Source of the DNA: Macrostomum lignano
Lineage: Eukaryota
Assembly (NCBI GenBank): GCA_002269645.1
Contig: NIVC01001100.1
Span: 294,015 to 358,014, forward strand
DNA: 64,000 nt
Reading direction: 5' to 3'
The position numbers and the translations under genes are program-made. This document shows positions 1 to 14,255 of this stretch, in pieces. The notes under the pieces are model-generated. The model saw only the letters and a program-made list of their open reading frames with translations. It was not told the DNA's origin and made no database searches. Position 1 is the stretch's first letter. Each line of letters starts with the position of its first letter.

Positions 1-620
1 TGCTCCTTATTCACCCATTCTGCTTCTCATTCACGCATTCAATCCACAGATTCACCCACACTCCCAGACCGCTCAGCACGCACTGGTGTTTAAGCCGGCA
101 GCACTGACAAGAAAGCAAGTAAAATCACACTCTCCCCCCGGCAGGTAACAAAGCAAAGACTATCCAACTTTTCCGTCTTTCCCACGACTTTTCTTCAGGG
201 TGAAATTCCACGCTCAAGCCCACAAGCGGCCGCAAGAGACATGGCAAACAGGACCTGTAGCCCCAGAGAAGCCTGCAGGTTCACCCCGGCGGAATGACTG
301 ACAGGACCCGGGCCAGCCTCTTGGGAAATTATTGCCCCACCTTGTTGCTTATCTACGAAGTGGGGGAATGCATTTCTTAATCTTGTGTTTCATTTTTGGC
401 TTCTTGCTTTCCTTTGTTATTTCGAATTCAGTGCATTATAAAACAGGGATATTATAAAGTGAAATTGGGATTTCAAGTAAATTTGTTGAAACTGGGTTTC
501 CATTCCAGATACTAACCCAAGGCGTCCCTGGTCCCCAAGGCCTCGCGGGTATCCCTTGGGGATTTTCTCAGCGGCCAAATTTCTTAACCCCTCCCCTTTT
601 CTGCTTCTTCGTGTCACTCA

Positions 621-847
621 CGGGGTGAAAAGGTGAAAATCTGTGACAGATAAGCAGGCAGAGGCCCCAGAGGCAGCGCTGCACCCGCTGAGCACTGAGA
701 ATCCATTTGGTTAATGACGACCACATGGCTGCAAAACTGGGTGCCGCCTTCAAGTAGATCGATGCAGTCTCCGATATGCCCTTCTGCCTCATCCGGCAAT
801 CTGCATTGACTCCCGCCTTGGGGCGAAGGGCGCTCGGCGCTCCCTCC
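621..847 (-). CDS. Candidate internal exon, product unknown (possibly a downstream exon of the Ig-domain gene)
   Basis: GC-rich stretch with two open frames (ORFs 568-858 and 614-907) ending at a good donor CCC|GTGAGT at ~620. The acceptor is weak and the frame is undecided. Confidence 0.25.
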
Positions 848-967
848 TGCAGTTTCATCTGCTCTCTGCTTTGTAGCAGGGATAAATTTACAAATGGGGA
901 TTCTCAAGATGCAAGCTAAATATTGAGCCGGCTAGTTCACTGATCGAAAGCATACCTGGGGTATTTT

Positions 968-2380
968 TAGATTAGCAATCCATTCTATTCCTTCATCAGT
1001 GATGTTGGCTAGATTAGCAATCCATTCTATTCCTCCATCAGTGATGCTGGCTAGATTAGCAATCCATTCTGTTCCTTCATCAGTGATGCTGGCTAGATTA
1101 GCAATCCATTCTATTCCTTCATCAGTGATGCTGGCTAGATTAGCAATCCATTCTGTTCCTTCATCAGTGATGCTGGCTAGATTAGTAATCCATTCTATTC
1201 CTTCATCAGTGATGTTGGCTAGATTAGCAATCCTTTCTATTCCTTCATCAGTGATGCTGGCTAGATTAGCAATCCATTCTATTCCTTCATCAGTGATGCT
1301 GGCTAGATTAGCAATCCATTCTATTCCTTCATCAGTGATGCTGGCTAGATTAGCAATCCATTCTATTCCTTCATCAGTGATGCTGGCTAGATTAGCAATC
1401 CATTCTATTCCTTCATTAGTGATGTTGGCTAGATTAACAATCCATTCTATTCCATCATCAGTGATACTGGCTAGATTAGCAATCCATTCTATCCTTCATC
1501 AGTGATGTTGGCTAGATTAGCAATCCATTCTGTTCCTTCATCAGTGATGCTGGCTAGATTAGCAATCCATTCTGTTCCTTCATCAGTGATGTTGGCTAGA
1601 TTAGCAATCCATTCTATTCCTTCATCAGTTATGCTGGCTAGATTAGCAATCCATTATATTCCTTTATCAGTGATGTTGGCTAGATTAGCAATCCATTCTA
1701 ATCCTCCATCAGCGATGTTGGCTAGATTAGCAATCCATTATATTCCTTTATCAGCGATGTTGGCTAGATTAGCAATCCATTCTATTCCTCCATCAGTGAT
1801 GCTGGCTAGATTAGCAATCCATTCTATTCCTTTATCAGCGATGTTGGCTAGATTAGCAATCCATTCTATTCCTTCATCAGTGATGCTGGCTAGATTAGCA
1901 ATCCATTCTATTCCTTCATCAGTGATGCTGGCTAGATTAGTAATTCATTCTATTCCTCCATCAGCGATGTTGGCTAGATTAGCAATCCACTCTATTCCTT
2001 GATCAGTGATGTTGGCTAGATTAGCAATCCATTCTAATCCTCCATCAGCGATGTTGGCTAGATTAGCAATCCATTATATTCCTTTATCAGCGATGTTGGC
2101 TAGATTAGCAATCCATTCTATTCCTCCATCAGCGATGTTGGCTAGATTAGCAATCCATTATATTCCTTTATCAGCGATGTTGGCTAGATTAGCAATCCAT
2201 TCTATTCCTTCATCAGTGATGCTGGCTAGATTAGCAATCCATTCTATTCCTTCATCAGTGATGCTGGCTAGATTAGTAATTCATTCTATTCCTTCATCAG
2301 TGATGTTGGCTAGATTAACAATCCATTCTATTCCTTCATCAGTGATGTTGGCTAGATTAGCAATCCATTCTATTCCTTCA
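968..2380. repeat. 42-bp minisatellite, ~33 copies (TAGATTAGCAATCCATTCTATTCCTTCATCAGTGATG(C/T)TGGC)
   Basis: Direct reading of the period. It gives the MLARLAIHSIPSSV 14-aa pseudo-ORFs. Confidence 0.97.
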
Positions 2381-3198
2381 GGATTAATTAAACTGAAGTC
2401 AGCTCTCCCAAATATTTCATTTAACCGCTGATGTTACAACTGAGGTATAACATTTCTTAGAATCCGCAGTCCTCCCCGTCCCAAATATCCCAGCAAGGCA
2501 GCTTGACAGCGTGACGGCCGATAAGAGAGACTTTATGGCGCAATTTGGGGGGGGGGTTGGATAATTATATGCGAGCCAGAGGGCGGTGGGCCTCGCCAAG
2601 AATCTCATAAAGTCAGTTGAGTCACAGAGTGAATCAGTGAGGGGAATTATTATTGGGGGAAATTTTTTGACCGCGCAGCAATGGTTTTTAAGTTGGCTAA
2701 GTGTGCGCGTGGAGGGATTTTTATCCCAGAATTCGCAGCAGTGCTCTTGATTGAATTCCCTCGGCTCTCGTCTGTCCGGGGACTTCGCGCTTCTGTCGAA
2801 CATACGCGGTCACTTAGCAATCAAATTAATAATTCATCACTCTCACTTATGCTTTGGCCAGTTCTCAACCCCCTCCCCTAATTCCTCTCACACAAATCCC
2901 TTTTTAATTCTCTCCCTGTTCGCGTCTTGCAAAGCAGCAACACTGCAACGATGTGTCAGAATTGTGAAAGAAAAATTTGCTGGTAGCTCGCGTATTGATA
3001 AAATGTCAATTGAAATGATTGAATACCTGATTTGCTGTTTCTTTATTTAGACAAAGAGCTTCTAAGTCTTTGTTTATCTGCGTCTTTAATAAGAGCTCTG
3101 GAAAATGACAATAGACTTTGTTTACCATGATTAACTCGTCACCTGCTTAATTATAATTACCGGCCGTGTTATATTAATACCAAAATCCTAAAAATATA

Positions 3199-3411
3199 AC
3201 TCTGTGTCACTCTGTGTCACTCTGTGTCACTCTGTGTCACTCTGTGTCACTCTGTGTCACTCTGTGTCACTCTGTGTCACTCTGTGTCACTCTGTGTCAC
3301 TCTGTGTCACTCTGTGTCACTCTGTGTCACTCTGTGTCACTCTGTGTCACTCTGTGTCACTCTGTGTCACTCTGTGTCACTCTGTGTCACTCTGTGTCAC
3401 TCTGTGTCACT
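3199..3411. repeat. 10-bp tandem repeat (ACTCTGTGTC)x~21
   Basis: Perfect period of 10, starting ~17 bp into the intron after the Ig exon donor. Confidence 0.97.
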
Positions 3412-3428
3412 TCATCTGTCCCACTCAC

Positions 3429-3767
3429 CAATAACCGTCAGCGAGCCCTGGGTGCTGGTGGTGTCCAAAGCCCTGTAGGCCTCGCACTTATAGGACCCAT
3501 TGTGCCGCTGGTCCACCGCCGGCAGCTCCATGGTGCCGTTGGCGGTCACCCGGGAGTCGGAGAACTGCGACCCCGACGTGGAGCCGCAGTTCTGAACCGG
3601 CGAATTCTGGCACCGCACAATGGTTTTCCAGTCTGCGGAGGCGGCAGCGGCGAAGCTCCAGATGATGTACTCCGGGGTTGGCTGGAAGCCGCACTCCAGA
3701 GTGACGCTGGAGCCCCGCACTGCCGAGGCTCTGGGCATCGGGCGCTGCACCGACAGATCCGATGCAC
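3429..3767 (-). CDS. Single immunoglobulin-like (V/I-set) domain exon of a cell-surface/adhesion protein; rest of gene not resolved
   Basis: Translation [59 protein letters not shown] has the Ig B-strand Cys, C-strand Trp and G-x-Y-x-C. Acceptor cccgcag| at 3768 and donor G|GTGAGT at 3428 give a 339-nt symmetric phase 1-1 exon. Confidence 0.85.
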
Positions 3768-3835
3768 CTGCGGGCAGATGACGGGATTTGGGATTTTGTG
3801 GATTGATGTCTGCTGCATTGGGAGTTTAAATCGTT

Positions 3836-5224
3836 GGGATAATCCAATCTAATATAGGGATAATCCAGTGTACTATGGGGATAATCCAGTGTACTATGGG
3901 GATAATCCAGTGTATTATGGGGATAATCCAGTGTATTATGGGGATATTCCAGTGTATCATGTGGATAATCCCGTATATTATGGGATAATCCAGTGTATCA
4001 TGGGGATAATTCAGTGTATCATGGGGATAATCCTGTGTATCATAGGGATAATCCAGTGTATCATGGGGATAATCCAGTGTATCATGGGGATAATCCAGTG
4101 TATCATGGGGATAATCCAGTGTATCATGGGGATAATCCAGTGTATCATGGGGATAATCCAGTGTATCATGGGGATAATCCAGAGTATTATGGGATAATCC
4201 AGTGTATCATGGGGATAATCCAGTGTATCATGGGGATAATCCAGTGTATCATGGGGATAATCCAGTGTAATATGGGGATAATCCAGTGTATTATGGGGAT
4301 ATTCCAGTGTATCATGTGGATAATCCCGTATATTATGGGATAATCCAGTGTATCATGGGGATAATTCAGTGTATCATGGGGATAATCCTGTGTATCAAAG
4401 GGATAATCCAGTGTATCATGGGGATAATCCAGTGTATCATGGGGATAATCCAGTGTATCATGGGGATAATCCAGTGTATCATGGGGATAATCCAGTGTAT
4501 TATGGGATAATCCAGTGTATCATGGGGATAATCCAGTGTATCATGGGGATAATCCAGTGTATCATGGGGATAATCCAGTGTATTATGGGATAATCCAGTG
4601 TATCATGGGGATAATCCAGTGTATCATGGGGATAATCCAGTGTATCATGGGGATAATCCAGTGTATCATGGGGATAATCCAGAGTATTATGGGATAATCC
4701 AGTGTATCATGGGGATAATCCAGTGTATCATGGGGATAATCCAGTGTATCATGGGGATAATCCAGAGTATTATGGGATAAACCAGTGTATCATGGGGATA
4801 ATCCAGAGTATTATGGGGATAATCCAGTGTATTATGGGATAATCCAGTGTATTATGGGATAATCCAGTGTATCATGGGGATAATCCAGTGTATCATGGGG
4901 ATAATCCAGTGTATCATGGGGATAATCCAGTGTATCATGGGGATGATTCAGTGTATCATAGGGATAATCCAGTGTATCATGGGGATAATCCAGTGTATTA
5001 TGGGATAATCCAGTGTATCATGGGGATAATCCAGTGTATCATGGGGATAATCCAGTGTATCATGGGGATAATCCAGTGTATCATGGGGATAATCCAGAGT
5101 ATTATGGGATAATCCAGTGTATCATGGGGATAATCCAGTGTATCATGGGGATAATCCAGTGTATCATGGGGATAATCCAGAGTATTATGGGATAAACCAG
5201 TGTATCATGGGGATAATCCAGAGT
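3836..5224. repeat. 21/20-bp minisatellite (GGGGATAATCCAGTGTATCAT / GGGATAATCCAGTGTATTAT)
   Basis: Direct reading. The 20-bp variant recurs every 3-6 units and shifts the pseudo-ORF frames (YHGDNPV vs GIIQCIM). Confidence 0.96.
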
Positions 5225-5425
5225 AACGCATGCAGACACGCTCACTCAGGGTGTACAGCAGCCCTGACATTCTACTCGTCAGGCATTGTGCACTCTCTGT
5301 GCCTTGGGTCCTGAACTGCATGACAATGCAGAAAAATGTACTCGAAATTAATTAAATTGACCTAGCGCAGAATCGAGCCCAGGGTCACAGCGGCTGGAGA
5401 GCCAGACTCAGCCCTGGACCAATAT
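5225..5425 (-). mobile_element. Old, diverged copy of SINE family B
   Basis: The reverse strand has B-box-like GGCTCGATTC plus CAAGGCACAG..AGGGCTGCTGTACAC..GTGAG, matching the body of the 27085-27326 copy. Confidence 0.55.
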
Positions 5426-6053
5426 TTGCTCTTTATAAGCCCGTGCCGGTGTGACGTAACTCTGCTTAAAAATCGTTTTGTCTTTTTTGCTGACTTCTTG
5501 GAGTTAAAAGGAATAAAAGGAGTTAAAGTCTCTGGGAGGGACACTAGCTATCCAAATTTAATCGTCTTTTTGGAAAAAAAGGCACAAAAATTGCTCTTAA
5601 AAAAGAGAAACTGTCAGAATTGGCATCGTTAATCGGGGTGCGTCAGATAATCCCTGCCATTGGCTCTCCACTTTCCTGGGAGGAAAATCCTCCTTGAGAG
5701 TGAGGTCGCGGTTGGGGATTATCTTAGGCAACTCATTCGCCTTTCACTGAGAAAGCATGAGCCGTCTGTCCTGGCTGGCCAGAGTCAAAAATTGAATAAC
5801 CCTCTGTCAGGGCATTTGAGTTTTAGGACGCCAGAATTGCCTGCTCAGTTCCTCCTGGCTTCCCCTCCATTGTCTGTCTGCGATTAACAATAACATTTAC
5901 ATGTCAGCTGTGGGCTTGAGCAATGCGCTCTGTGACAAACACAAGCTTGCAGTGGGACTTGCGTGACGCGCAATTAACCTGAGCTGCCTGAGCCGTCACC
6001 GACTCCCACCTTCTGGCCCCCTGCACACCTGCCTGATAGGGATGGCTGTGGGG

Positions 6054-6540
<487 letters not shown>

Positions 6541-7997
6541 GACAGGCACAAAGGCACTCGGGTGGAACAGATAGATAGCTCATGAGGTTCAGAACCCGCA
6601 AATTGGTGAACATGTGTCCATTCGGAGGATTTACAGGCATCGGTGGGGAGAAATTCATTTGGGATTCTTGTCTCGAGACCCTCTCAACTCCCCTCCTCTC
6701 CTTGGCAGCCCTGCTTTATTGGGTCCGTAATTTCTCCGGATCTGCAGCACCGGAGCGGCTACAGCTGTCAAGAGTTCGCTCTCTCGCTCCGCGTCTCGGC
6801 AATGACGCAATATCGTTGTCAATTCTTCTCTCTAAGGTCCCCTAAGAATTAGTGGCTGCTTGTGCTCGGAATTCCAAAAGCCAGCCGCTCGATTCTCTCG
6901 AATGCTACTCAATGTAACAAAGACTGGAGTAGAGTAGAGAGAGTAGAGAGAGAGAGAGCAAGGGTGTCTGGCCAAATCCAAGGACTCCGATTAGCTAGTA
7001 GCATCTGGATTGGAAAGTCAGCAAGCGTTTCGGGGAAAAATTGAGAAGCAAAACTGGCGAGCTATGAAAATATTTGCGTAGAACGGCAGAGAGATGGAGA
7101 GAGGCGGGTCCGAGAGGCAAACACCATTGCTGAGGGACCTTTGTGAGGCTTTTGATAATCCGCAGTACAAACCTCCCAGCTCGGAGACAAACATATTTTT
7201 GGCGCAGGTGCTGCCTGCCACCCGAGCTCCCACTGCCGATTCAATTATCAGGTAGCTCTTCTAATAGTTCCGTGTTACAGCAGGTAGGAGATGATGAACG
7301 GCTTATAAGGAGAGGCTGGGTTAATGGCTTAATATTTTTGCATATCGAATTTCCACAGCGGCCGGGAGATGAGCACAGGGACTCAAAGACAGCCGGCAGG
7401 GATTAGAGAGATTTTCTGGCCTCTTCGCATGTCTTTAAAAATTCTTTTTTTATAATATAAAAGAAAAAACTGAATTTGAGTTGCCTTCATGTCTGCTTCT
7501 GCGGCCATCCCCCCTCTCCACTGTCTGAGTGTCGGGTTCATCTTCATCAAAACATCGAGTCCAGTGACTCAGCTCATGGGGAGAAGGGAGAAGGGTTAGA
7601 GAGCGTTGCGTGCTCGGGCCAGGTTCCAAATCCCCCCCGCTGACCCGGTGTTATAAAATCCCCTCCCCTACCCCTCCTACAGAATTTTGTTATCACTAAG
7701 CAGCGAGAGAAAACCTACCTCATAAATGGGAACATTTTTTCGGGGAAGATTTTTTATAGCTCGTAATTTGGGATAGAGTACACAGTATTAGGCCCCCTCT
7801 CACCTGTCCTGATTAGCTAGGAAGCAGGAGTTTCTTAGGGAGTGATGAGAAATCTTGCAGCTAACTCAGTTGCCTGAGTACCCCAGTCTGATGGTAGCTG
7901 CACTAGCAGTAGAGTCGATTATCTACCGATATGTTGTTGCGTCAGTTATATGAAATTTTATTTCATTAATATGCTGGTCTGTTTTCGTATGTATCTA

Positions 7998-8430
7998 AGA
8001 GAGGGGAAAGAGAGAGGGAGAAGGAGATAGAGAGGGAGATGGAGAGGGAGAGAGAGAGGTAAAGAGAGGGGGAGATAGAGAGCCGAAGAAGGAGACAGAG
8101 AGAGGGGGAGAGAGATAGAGAGGGAGATGGAGAGGGAGAGAGAGAGGTAAAGAGAGGGGGAGATAGAGAGCCGAAGAAGGAGACAGAGAGAGGGGGAGAG
8201 AGATAGAGAGCCGAAGAAGGAGACAGAGAGAGGGGGAGAGAGATAGAGAGCCGAAGAAGGAGACAGAGAGAGGGGGAGAGAGATCGAGAGCCGAAGAAGG
8301 AGACAGAGAGAGGGGGAGAGAGAGATATAGAGCCGGAGAAGGAGACAAGAGAGGGAGAGATAGAGAGCCGAAGAAGGAGACAGAGAGAGGGGGGAGAGGG
8401 AGAGAGAGAGCCGGAGAAGGAGAGAAGGAG
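7998..8430. repeat. Purine-rich ~40-bp compound repeat (GAGCCGAAGAAGGAGACAGAGAGAGGGGGAGAGAGATA)
   Basis: Recurrent GAGCCGAAGAAGGAGAC core embedded in GA runs. Confidence 0.9.
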
Positions 8431-9092
8431 ACAGTGAGAGGTTGGCATAGAGTTTGAAAAAGATAGCACAGAGGTGCAGCTGTGGCGACAGTCGCCTCTC
8501 AAGTCTCAGTGTCTGAGTCCCCCCCACTCAGCAACAGAATCAACTTTGCAAACGCAAACAAATCAGAGTCAGGGCAGGTTTCAGAGGCCGTCGGGGAGCA
8601 GGAGCCGGCGCTGGTGAGCCTCTGAGCGATGGTAGCAGCCAGAATTTGTGCAAATTACAATATTAAATATTTACAGGCACTGCCAGGCTCTCAGCTCTTG
8701 TGCGGCGGCTCGGCCTGTGTTTCCGCGAATCAAGGAGCTGAAAGGCATCAATCAAAGCTTTGGGTTTTCAAGGGGGCTCCCTAAGTGAAACACGCAACTC
8801 AGGGTAACTTTTTTCTCAATTGCAGTCCTCGCGCTTCAGGCTTCTCCGACAAAGATGAAATAACAAAGACCACCTTGGTTCCCTAAACTCACAAGAAAAT
8901 CGAAGTCGCATGCAGGCGAAGCACTCAAGAACGCCTCTTGCTGTTTGCTTATAGAAAGCAAGTTTAATTAAATATGAGTTCATAATTAATACACTATATA
9001 CCAACATTTTCGGAGCTATTCAAGGACCACTAGGAGCAAAAACAATACATTTAAGGTGGATTTCTTCCCTAAAGTACATAAATGACCCCCGA

Positions 9093-9826
9093 GCAGGCAC
9101 TCTGATACTGTATGCAGGCACACTGATACTGTATGCAGGCACTCTGATACTGTATGCAGGCACTCTGATACTGTATGCAGGCACTCTGATACTGTATGCA
9201 GGCACTCTGATACTGTATGCAGGCACTCTGATACTGTATGCAGGCACTCTGATACTGCATGCAGGCACTCTGATACTGTATGCAGGCACTCTGATACTGT
9301 ATGCAGGCACTCTGATACTGTATGCAGGCACTCTGATACTGTATGCAGGCACTCTGATACTGCATGCAGGCACTCTGATACTGTATGCAGGCACTCTGAT
9401 ACTGTATGCAGGCACTCTGATACTGTATGCAGGCACACAGATACTGTATGCAGGCACTCTGATACTGTATGCAGGCACTCTGATACTGTATGCAGGCACT
9501 CTGATACTGTATGCAGGCACTCTGGTACTGTATGCAGGCACACAGATACTGTATGCAGGCACTCTGATACTGTATGCAGGCACTCTGATACTGTATGCAA
9601 GCACTCTGGTACTGTATGCAGGCACACTGATACTGTATGCAGGCACACTGATACTGTATGCAGGCACTCTGGTACTGTATGCAGGCACACTGATACTGTA
9701 TGCAGGCACTCTGATACTGTATGCAGGCACTCTGGTACTGTATGCAGGCACTCTGATGCTGTATTCAGGCACTCTGGTACTGTATGCAGGCACTCTGATA
9801 CTGTATGCAGGCACTCTGATACTGTA
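9093..9826. repeat. 21-bp minisatellite (GCAGGCACTCTGATACTGTAT)x~35
   Basis: Direct reading. It gives the 7-aa pseudo-repeats SECLHTV / VPAYSIR. Confidence 0.97.
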
Positions 9827-10969
9827 CTGTAGTTGTAAGCACAGTTTCTCAAACCCAAATCTCAAACTACCCAAATGCTTGGATGCAGGTCAACTTTCTC
9901 TGTTTTGATTTTGTCTATTTGAAGTGTTAATCAATTTGATGTTTGGACAAGTTTAGTCAAGAGTTCGTTAAGAAGTTGTCAGTCTTGCACTGGGTCACTG
10001 CATGAGGCCGAGACCCGAGTGTGATTCTAGACACACAGAGAGAAGCTTGAAATTCATAACTCTGAGCCTCACCCTCCCCCCAAGCTCAGCTCAGTTACTC
10101 CTCCTGTGCCCCGCCCTCCTCTCCACCCTCCTCCCCCTCCTTCCTTTCCGAGGACAAAAAAACCTTTGTTGAAGTCTGGAGAGTTATTCTTTATAGAGCA
10201 AGTCAATCAACAGAAAGGGAGTGCAGTTGATACCCCCAAGCGTCTCTGCTCTTTGCCTCTGCAGGCCATAGCTCACGCTGCTTATGGGAATTGAAAAAGC
10301 AGATGGCGTCTGCTGCAGCCCCCGGGCGCGACCGCTTCTCAACTAAAAAACACACGAACTACTGGGGATATTTGAAACACTGCTCCGGTCATTTGTTTGA
10401 AATAAACCCGGAGGACCAGACGGGGGGGCAGGCAATGACGGTTGAGCCGCAGAAAAAACACACAACTGTCTTTGCGCAGGCAAGCTGATTTATGACTATC
10501 AATTCGGGACACACAAAAACGCAGCTTATTAATTAAGCAACTCTTACCAACAAGCAATGAATTGAGCATGAGAACAGTGCTAGCAAGCAGCACAGAATTC
10601 ACTGTCAGCCTTGATTGATGCTGTCCAAGCTTTTCCATCTGCGCTTCGAGTTTCAAATCAGTATTTGATGATGGACAGACTCGCGTAGCTGAGAGAGAGT
10701 GCAGACAGTTGCTGGGCGTCTGAAGTGGCAGCTTGATTAGATATCAGGCCCTCAAAACAGTTGGCTGAAATGTTGAGAAACGTTATCAGTGGGAATCTTA
10801 TACTTTTATGCTGAAAATGAGACATTCAACATGAAACAGACATTCAGAAAGTTGATGGCCGATGAGAAAAAAGGACAGGTATTTGCCTGCTGTCTATGGC
10901 CCACCTACCTTTCTTCTACAGGCTTTTAAATTTGGATGCGAGTTTTTTAACTTGTAAAATTGATTGCAA

Positions 10970-11240
10970 TAATTGATTACACTCGCCCTAATGGGCAGCT
11001 CAGCAGCAGCTATTGCGCGGCGCATCTGAAGGCTGCGTACGGCTGTTCAGTCCAAGGACTGGGGGGTCGCCACACCGACCCTCAATTACCCCAGCTAATG
11101 CTGACACCCATTTTACAGCTGGGTGAACTGAAGCAATGCAGAGTTGTTTCTTGTTCAAGGACACCAATTTTTCCGAGTGGATCGAGAATCGAACCCCCGA
11201 CCTTTCAATCGTGGGTCCGACGCTCTAACCACTAGGCTAG
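10970..11240 (-). mobile_element. tRNA-derived SINE family A (CORE-like), near full length
   Basis: The minus strand has A-box TAGCCTAGTGG, B-box GGTTCGATTC, a central block resembling the MIR/CORE consensus (CCTTGAGCAAG..CTTAAC..CTTCAGTT..CTGTAAAATGGG) and a tail GTGTAATCAATTA. Highly similar to the copies at 23.2, 27.6 and 49.4 kb. Confidence 0.88.
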
Positions 11241-11516
11241 AACCCCTTGTTTTCTAACTTACATGATATAGAAAGTTATACCCGTATATACAGACAGGGT
11301 GGTCAACAAAGGAAATCATGTTGAGCAGTGCATGACGGGGTTTTTTAAAGAAAACTACACTATCTTCATGATTTTTTAAGCAAGAAAATTCAGTTTGCTC
11401 TCCGGGAGAGCTTTCTGGACAAACCCTGCATACCTATGCACATAGTAGATGTGTGCCATTTCTATGACATCAGTGAGTGTAACTCTGCCCATCAATTGAT
11501 AAGAGAGGTTTAGAGC

Positions 11517-11518
<2 letters not shown>

Positions 11519-11548
<30 letters not shown>
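11519..11548. repeat. (GT)n microsatellite
   Basis: Direct reading. Confidence 0.95.
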
Positions 11549-11549
<1 letters not shown>

Positions 11550-11789
11550 TGCATGCGTCAGTCCCCGTGTTCCCCTATTGAAGCTCTCAGACTCAGAGAT
11601 AATTAAAACGCTGTTTTATTGCCCATTTTTAACGCCTCTCCCGAGGGTTGGTTTGTTTGAGGCTGCCGCTGTGAGAGGCTGGAGTTTGGCTGACGGCCTC
11701 CGAGTCTCCGGGCTCAGCTCTCAATTACCAAAGTTGCTTGCTCAACGTCTCGAGGTTATGGCCTGCAGCACTGGAGTGAGTCCCGCATA

Positions 11790-12298
11790 CAACTCTGATC
11801 CTAAATGTGGCACTATGATCCTAAATTTGGCACTATGATCCTAAATTTGGCACTCTGATCCTAAATTTGGCACTATGATCCTAAATTTGGCACTATGATC
11901 CTAAATTTGGCACTCTAAAACTAAATTTGGCACTATGATCCTAGATTTGGAACTCTGATCCTAAATTTGGCACTATGATCCTAGATTTGGAACTCTGATC
12001 CTAAATTTTGCACTCTGATCCTAAATTTTGCACTCTGATCCTAAATTTGGCACTATGATCCTAAATTTGGCACTATGATCCTAAATTTGGCACTATGATC
12101 CTAAATTTGGCACTCTGATCCTAAATTTGGTACTCCGATCCTAAATGACGCCAATCTGATCCTGAAGTGACGCCAATCTGATCCTGAACTGACGCCTATC
12201 TGATCCTGAAGTGACGCCAATCTGATCCTGAAGTGACGCCTATCTGATCCTGAAGTGACGCCAATCTGATCCTAAAGTGACGCCTATCTGATCTTAAA
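11790..12298. repeat. 20-bp minisatellite (CT(A/C)TGATCCTAAATTTGGCA) switching to a related 22-bp unit (GACGCC(A/T)ATCTGATCCTGAAGT) at ~12146
   Basis: Direct reading. Both units share a TGATCCT core. Confidence 0.93.
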
Positions 12299-12962
12299 TC
12301 AACTACGAGCTAATTTAATAACTACCATATGATTTTACGCTGACATCATACAGCCATATATTTCTTAACACTGAAGACTGAGTCGCTGACTCACCCGAAT
12401 CAAGGCTGGAAGGCAAAAGATTTGATCACTCAAAAACTTTCCCAACGATCTCCTGACAGGGCAGTGGAGGGGGGGACGGTTGATGGCGCTGCGGACTTTC
12501 GGTCGGTTTGGCCGGCTCTGACTGCGCGGGCATTGGCTGGTTGCAGGCCAGCAGTGAGGGAATCACTTTCGGAACACTGCGTTCGCCCGGCTTATGCCAT
12601 TGTTCGAGCAGGATGGGGTGTGGGCTGGGGGTGAAGCCCCACTGCTCATAGCTCTGACTAGCGGTGGGGATTCTCAAGTATCCGCCATGGAGAGAGAGAG
12701 AGAGAAGACGGTAGCTGAACCCTCAAGGATGAAGGGACTCAGAGAGGCTGCGTACAATCGAAGTCTCAATCGGTAAACCGAAACTGTTGGCATATCGAAA
12801 GTTTTCTTTATCCGGTTCATCGCCTTGAAATCTGAGATGCGAAGCCTCTGCTGCGGCTTGCTTTGGTGACGAGAGTTTTGTCTGTCTGAGCGACTCGACA
12901 GGTCTGCCGGCTTGGGTTGGCTTTCAGTTCTAGTGGCTGAGGAGCTGCTGGGCTCCCATGCT

Positions 12963-13252
<290 letters not shown>

Positions 13253-13844
13253 CTCCGCTTACCCAGGCAGCTTAATGACGCCGCTCCTAGCGGTCTCGCA
13301 TTTCAAAGGCCCTCAATAAAGTTGCCGCCAAGCATTCGGGGTCGCTGGAGTGTGAAAATATCAACTGGGTCCGCAGCGGTGACGCGGGCCCACTGCGCAC
13401 ATTGCCGCGCCCCACTCGAGGCAGATTATGGGAAAAGGGAGAGTTCAGTAGGGGGGGGGGGAAGCAGACCCGCCTCATCCTCTCAGTTGAAACCGGATCG
13501 GCCGCATGAAGGCAGGCCGTTATCCCACCTCCACCCCATGCAAACTGCTGCATTCGCCACTAAGGCAGAGCGAACGCCGGTTAGCGAAACTTGCACCGCA
13601 TTTTTGAGCACGGGATCGGGAGAGATAGCGTGGCTACGGTAGTTGAGACGGAGAATATCGGAGGAGGAAGCTGGAAAGTAGGAGGCCATAAAAAGTTGAT
13701 GGTGGGGAGGGGGGAGAATTTGATGAAGACGAAAGATAGCGAAAAGGAAGATAGAGAATGGAATGATGATGATGAAATGGTGAAGATTATTACGAGTGTA
13801 TTTTAGTGAGATATTAGTAGAGAAGAAAGGTAGGGAGCTTGATG

Positions 13845-14255
13845 AGGAGAGAAGAGGACAGGAGAGGAGAGGAGAGGAGAGGAGAGGAGAGGTGAGGAGA
13901 GAAGAGGAGAGGAGAGGAGAGGAGAGGAGAGGAGAGATGTGAGAGGAGAGAGGAGAGAGGAGAGGAGAGGAGAGGCGAGGAGAGGAGAGGAGAGGAGAGG
14001 AGAGGAGAGGAGAGGAGAGATGTGAGAGGAGAGAGGAGAGAGGAGAGGAGAGGAGAGGCGAGATGAGATGTGAGAGGAGAGAGGAGAGGAGAGGAGAGGA
14101 GAGGAGAGGAGAGGAGAGGAGAGGAGAGGAGAGGAGAGGAGAGGAGAGGAGAGGAGAGGAGAGGAGAGGAGAGGAGAGGAGAGGAGAGGAGAGGAGAGGA
14201 GAGGAGAGATGAGATGTGAGAGGAGAGAGGAGAGGAGAGATGAGAGAGGAGAAAA
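13845..14255. repeat. (GGAGA)n microsatellite
   Basis: Direct reading. Confidence 0.96.

Noticed and set aside
5245-5314. Apparent small exon (cag|TTCAGG..CTGA|GTGAGC) phase-compatible with the Ig exon
   Set aside because: It lies within a decayed SINE-B copy, and the GTGAG is part of the SINE consensus.
5901-6050. Possible exon next to the (GACA)n tract (GVQGARRWESVTAQ..)
   Set aside because: No combination of acceptor, donor and frame gave an open, phase-compatible exon, and no domain was recognisable.
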